Source: Planctomycetia bacterium (GTDB taxonomy: Bacteria > Planctomycetota > UBA1135 > GCA-002686595). Taken from it: 64,000 nucleotides of DNA. Within the stretch, counting starts at the first letter, position 1. Each line of letters opens with the position of its first letter. The position numbers were made by a program, and so were the translations under genes. Where the stretch lies: contig SYGM01000073.1 of the NCBI GenBank assembly GCA_005799545.1, positions 1,190 to 65,189 on the forward strand, read 5' to 3'. The notes under the pieces are model-generated. The model did not search any database. It was not told the DNA's origin and was given only the letters and a program-made list of their open reading frames with translations. Of this stretch, positions 61,215 to 64,000 are shown in pieces.

Positions 61215-63604
61215 CAGACCAGCTCCCACTTCTTGCGCAGGATCCACTCCGCGCACAAGAGTGCCAGCGCCAGAGCCAGCGTCGAGAAGCTGTCCCAGAT
61301 GTCATCCAGCTCGGAGCTCAGCGGCTCGCGCCGCTCCTCGCCGCCCGGCAGCGCGTCTTTGAGCGCGCGCAGATCGGAGAGCTCCATCGCGAGTCCTCCG
61401 CTGCCCTGCGCCAGGCGGGCCATCAGTTCAGGATTGGGGGCGGGTTCGTTGTTCTCGCGCGAGGGCAGCACGACTTCGAACTCAGTGCTGGCGCTGCGCT
61501 GCGTGCCGTTGGCGCCGGCTTCGCTCTCGATCCACGCGCGGTAGACGCCCGCGCGCTCGGGTTCGAGCGAGACGCGGTACTGGCCCGGGCGCTCGGGCAC
61601 CAGTTCCAGCCGCAGCGGCGTCACCTTGCCCTCCGGATCCTCCAGTCTGGCCTCGACCTCGGTGGCGGTGCCGGGGCGGTAGTCCTCATCGAGCACACGC
61701 GCTTCCAGCACCACGCGCTCATCCAGATCGTAGCGCGAGCGCAGCGCATCGAGCTGCACGCGCCGATCGCCGCTCTTGAGGCGTCCCAGCGCCACCCAGC
61801 GCAGCGCGTTGCGCCAGAAGCGTTCGTGGAAGCGATCGCCGAAGCGGTAGCGCCACATCCAGGTCGAGTCGATGCCGATGAAGAGCGTGCGTCCGGCGGG
61901 GAAGTAGCCCGCGACCATCAGCGGATGCTTGCCCGCCGCATTCTGCGCCTGGGGGTGGCGCAGGAGCGACTCGGCGCCGGGCTTGGCGCGCAGCGCGGGA
62001 TAGAACCAGGTGAAGCCGCGCAACCCGCCCTGTCCTTCCCACAGCGCGCGGTTCTCCTCGACGTCGCTGGTGAGGCGCACGATCTCGTGCGGCGCCTTGG
62101 GTGCTTCCAGCTCGCCGTGGAACTCCTCGCCGCTGGCATCGCCCAGCGCAAGTCCCGTGGGATCGATCACGATCGGCAGCAACTCCTCGACCGGGGTGCC
62201 GAGGAACGAGCGCGGGTTGTCCATCTCGCCTGCCTGGCTGATCAGGCCGCCGCCGCGCTCGACGAACTCCTGCAGCGCGGAGAGGAACTCATCGCACGCG
62301 CGCGGGTCCGCGGAGATGCGGAAGGGGTTGACGTCGCCCAGGATCACGATGTCGTAGTTCTCCAGCAGCGCGCGTCGATCGGTCGGCACGCGCTCCAGCG
62401 CCGGCACGCCCTTGGTTGATTCCTGTACGAAATCCGGCGTCGCGGAGAGCAGGAAGCACTGCGCCTGGATGTTCTGGTCCGAGCGCAGCAGCAGATTCTT
62501 CAGATAGCGGTATTCCCAGCGCGGATAGCCGTCGACATACAGCACACGCAGCTTCTCCGGCGTGATGCGCACCGTGAAGTCGACCTGATTGTCGTCGGTC
62601 AGCGTCTCCTCGGGCTGAACGGGCACGCGCACGCGCAGGCGGCGCTCGCTGCGGCCGGCTTCCATCGGGACCGGCGGCGCGATCAGCACGACGCGCGCGC
62701 CCGCTGCGCTGAGCTCGGCGGACTCCTCGCTGATCGGCAAAGCGCGGCCCTCGCCGTCGATTTCCTCGAGCACAACGGCCGTGCGTGCGCCGCCGGGCGT
62801 TCCGCGGCCGACCAGCCTCACGCTGACCTCGATCTCATCGCCTTCCAGCGCGCTGGGCGGCGCTTCCGCGATCTCGACCAGCGCGTTCTTCTCCGGCCGC
62901 GTGTCGCCGACGACGATGGTGTGCACGGGGATGCCCATGCTCGCCGCATTGCGCGCAACATCCTCCGGCGGCAGCCCGGAGTTGTTGCGGCCGTCGGAGA
63001 GCACGATGATGTCCGTGACATGGCGTCCGCGGTGCGTGGCGAGCGCCTGCGACAGCGCCGCACCCAGCGCGGTCGCGTTGGAGCGCCCGCTGAGCGCGGA
63101 GGAGTCCGCCAGCGGCTCGAGCGTCTCGCCGAAGCGGTAGGTCTTTGCCAGGTAGCCGCGTTCGCGGGCCTGCGCCAGCACGACCTTGTCGAGCGCCGCG
63201 CGCGTGAGGTCGATGCGGCGCGCACCCTCGGGCGCACGGCCGAGCAGCTCCTCGAGCGCATCGCGGCGGCGCTCCTGGCCCACATAGGCGTCCTGCCGCA
63301 GCATGCTGGCCGAGTCATCGACCAGCACCAGCACTTCGGCGGGCCGCACTTCCTCGCGCCGTTCGACGAACACCGGCCGGAACAGGATCGCGAACAGCAG
63401 CAGGAAGGCGAGCGCGCGCAGGCCGGCGAGCACGATGCGCCGGCGCAGCTCCACGCCCTGTCCCAGATAGCTGATCCACGCGAGCACGAAGCTGCCGGGG
63501 ATCACGAGCAGCACGACGATCCACAGCTCGGGCAGATCGAGCAGCTGGAAGGTGGCGCGCGTGCCCTCGCCGGACAGCGCTTCCTGCAGTAAAGCGAGGT
63601 TCAT
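61214..63604 (-). CDS. Membrane protein: N-terminal two TMs + von Willebrand factor A domain + class-I glutamine-amidotransferase-like domain + C-terminal TM (BatA/BatB-neighbourhood type)
   Basis: Start at ATG 63602-63604 overlaps the upstream TGA (ATGA). 'LPELWIVVLLVIPGSFVLAWISY', 'LRALAFLLLFAILFRPVF'. MIDAS 'VLVLVDDSASM...TDIIVLSDGRNN'. 'RVLYVDGYPRWEYRYLKNLL...YDIVILGDVNP'. C-terminal 'FSTLALALALLCAEWIL'. Confidence 0.7.
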   Translation of the reverse strand: MNLALLQEALSGEGTRATFQLLDLPELWIVVLLVIPGSFVLAWISYLGQGVELRRRIVLAGLRALAFLLLFAILFRPVFVERREEVRPAEVLVLVDDSASMLRQDAYVGQERRRDALEELLGRAPEGARRIDLTRAALDKVVLAQARERGYLAKTYRFGETLEPLADSSALSGRSNATALGAALSQALATHRGRHVTDIIVLSDGRNNSGLPPEDVARNAASMGIPVHTIVVGDTRPEKNALVEIAEAPPSALEGDEIEVSVRLVGRGTPGGARTAVVLEEIDGEGRALPISEESAELSAAGARVVLIAPPVPMEAGRSERRLRVRVPVQPEETLTDDNQVDFTVRITPEKLRVLYVDGYPRWEYRYLKNLLLRSDQNIQAQCFLLSATPDFVQESTKGVPALERVPTDRRALLENYDIVILGDVNPFRISADPRACDEFLSALQEFVERGGGLISQAGEMDNPRSFLGTPVEELLPIVIDPTGLALGDASGEEFHGELEAPKAPHEIVRLTSDVEENRALWEGQGGLRGFTWFYPALRAKPGAESLLRHPQAQNAAGKHPLMVAGYFPAGRTLFIGIDSTWMWRYRFGDRFHERFWRNALRWVALGRLKSGDRRVQLDALRSRYDLDERVVLEARVLDEDYRPGTATEVEARLEDPEGKVTPLRLELVPERPGQYRVSLEPERAGVYRAWIESEAGANGTQRSASTEFEVVLPSRENNEPAPNPELMARLAQGSGGLAMELSDLRALKDALPGGEERREPLSSELDDIWDSFSTLALALALLCAEWILRKKWELV

Positions 63605-64000
63605 GCGCCCGGCCTCCGGCGACGGCCGATGAAGGCCGCAAAGAGACTCTCGACGACGAGGAAGCACAGTGTGGCGATCGCCAGCGCGCGCCACAGCTCG
63701 CCGCGCTCGGGCTCGGGCTTGTCGGCGCTCTCCCGCTGTTCCGCCTGAGGCAGGCGCAGCGCCCGGTGTAGGGAGCCGAGCTCCTCGCGGGACAAGCGCT
63801 CCAGATCGCCTTCGCGTGCGTCGAACTGCACGGCAAACCAAGCCGGCGACGCGCCTTCGCGCAGAACCGCGTAGGCGCCGATGCGGTCGGTTTCCTCGCC
63901 GCCGATCGCGGGCAGCTTCCAGCGGCCGCCTTCCAGCGCCTTGGGCTCGCCGAGCAGCGCCCGCTCGACTCCGCCGGGCTTGGAAAGACGCAGATTGCGC
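63601..64000 (-). CDS. 3' part of an upstream operon gene (protein with C-terminal TM anchor); 5' end outside window
   Basis: The frame of ORF 63601..63831 stays open to the window edge ('...LSKPGGVERALLGEPKALEGGRWKLPAIGGEETDRIGAYAVLREGASPAWFAVQFDAREGD...'). C-terminal TM 'LWRALAIATLCFLVVESLFAAFIG' followed by RRRR. Confidence 0.5.
   Translation of the reverse strand, partial: RNLRLSKPGGVERALLGEPKALEGGRWKLPAIGGEETDRIGAYAVLREGASPAWFAVQFDAREGDLERLSREELGSLHRALRLPQAEQRESADKPEPERGELWRALAIATLCFLVVESLFAAFIGRRRRPGA

Noticed and set aside
56478-61544. Plus-strand ORFs 56478..58994 (838 aa), 60090..61544 (484 aa) and 61076..62419 (447 aa).
   Set aside because: They are antisense shadows of the 1,510-aa propeller gene and the VWA gene. 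They are Arg/Ala/Gln-rich with no domain signatures. The minus-strand frames carry clear repeat, VWA and MIDAS motifs.
1-64000. Scan for CRISPR arrays, tRNA/rRNA/tmRNA/SRP/RNase P genes, reverse transcriptases, and toxin-antitoxin or known defence genes.
   Set aside because: I saw no regularly spaced direct repeats longer than the 14-nt arrays, no tRNA-like T-arm/acceptor patterns in the few intergenic gaps, and no nuclease, helicase or RT-type ORFs. The visual scan is imperfect and should be confirmed with tRNAscan-SE, Infernal, CRISPR-detection tools and DefenseFinder.

Overview
High-G+C, densely coding bacterial chromosomal segment. I call about 49 protein genes, one IS element and one nonsense-interrupted gene. 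By eye I found no rRNA, tRNA or CRISPR array. The gene content looks like the PVC superphylum, most like Planctomycetota; this is inference from content, not a search result. It rests on orphan TPR-secretin lipoproteins, a Gfo/Idh/MocA + xylose-isomerase-like TIM + PA14/DUF1080 sugar locus, a 'small basic protein', a CRTAC1/ASPIC-UnbV lipoprotein and a VWA membrane-protein operon.

Layout:
- 1-7.9 kb: ABC ATPase, HAD hydrolase, a secreted orphan protein, an oversized di-haem cytochrome c peroxidase/MauG-like protein, and an IS1-family element wedged between two terminators.
- 7.9-13.2 kb: two tandem paralogous TPR-secretins.
- 13.6-28 kb: housekeeping and envelope genes (UDG family 4, TPR proteins, CRTAC1-like protein, queE, MBOAT + AlgJ/X-like O-acetylation pair, Na+/solute symporter, der).
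- 28-32 kb: three glycosyltransferase genes, with a 14-nt x3 tandem repeat in their divergent control region.
- 32-36.5 kb: rlmI, then a translationally coupled chain thiS-thiG-CPBP protease-gamma-CA-LarE-like. thiG carries a single in-frame TAG at the position of its catalytic lysine.
- 36.5-45 kb: secreted S1 protease and the sugar-oxidation locus.
- 45-48.3 kb: DUF155-like protein, a HEAT-repeat protein carrying a secretin-derived segment, and a C39-like peptidase.
- 48.3-64 kb: one minus-strand operon of at least 8 tightly or overlappingly coupled genes with no assignable enzymology. It comprises a VWA/GATase-like membrane protein, a 1,510-aa TPR + beta-propeller protein, two alpha/alpha-toroid paralogues both ending LPIFQR, a double-TM 776-aa protein, a 956-aa Q/A-rich coiled coil and a 295-aa secreted protein.

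This operon is my best candidate for an undescribed envelope system. The orphan secretin pair together with the HEAT/secretin-fragment protein comes second. Many long ORFs in the track are antisense or out-of-frame shadows typical of high-G+C DNA and were rejected.
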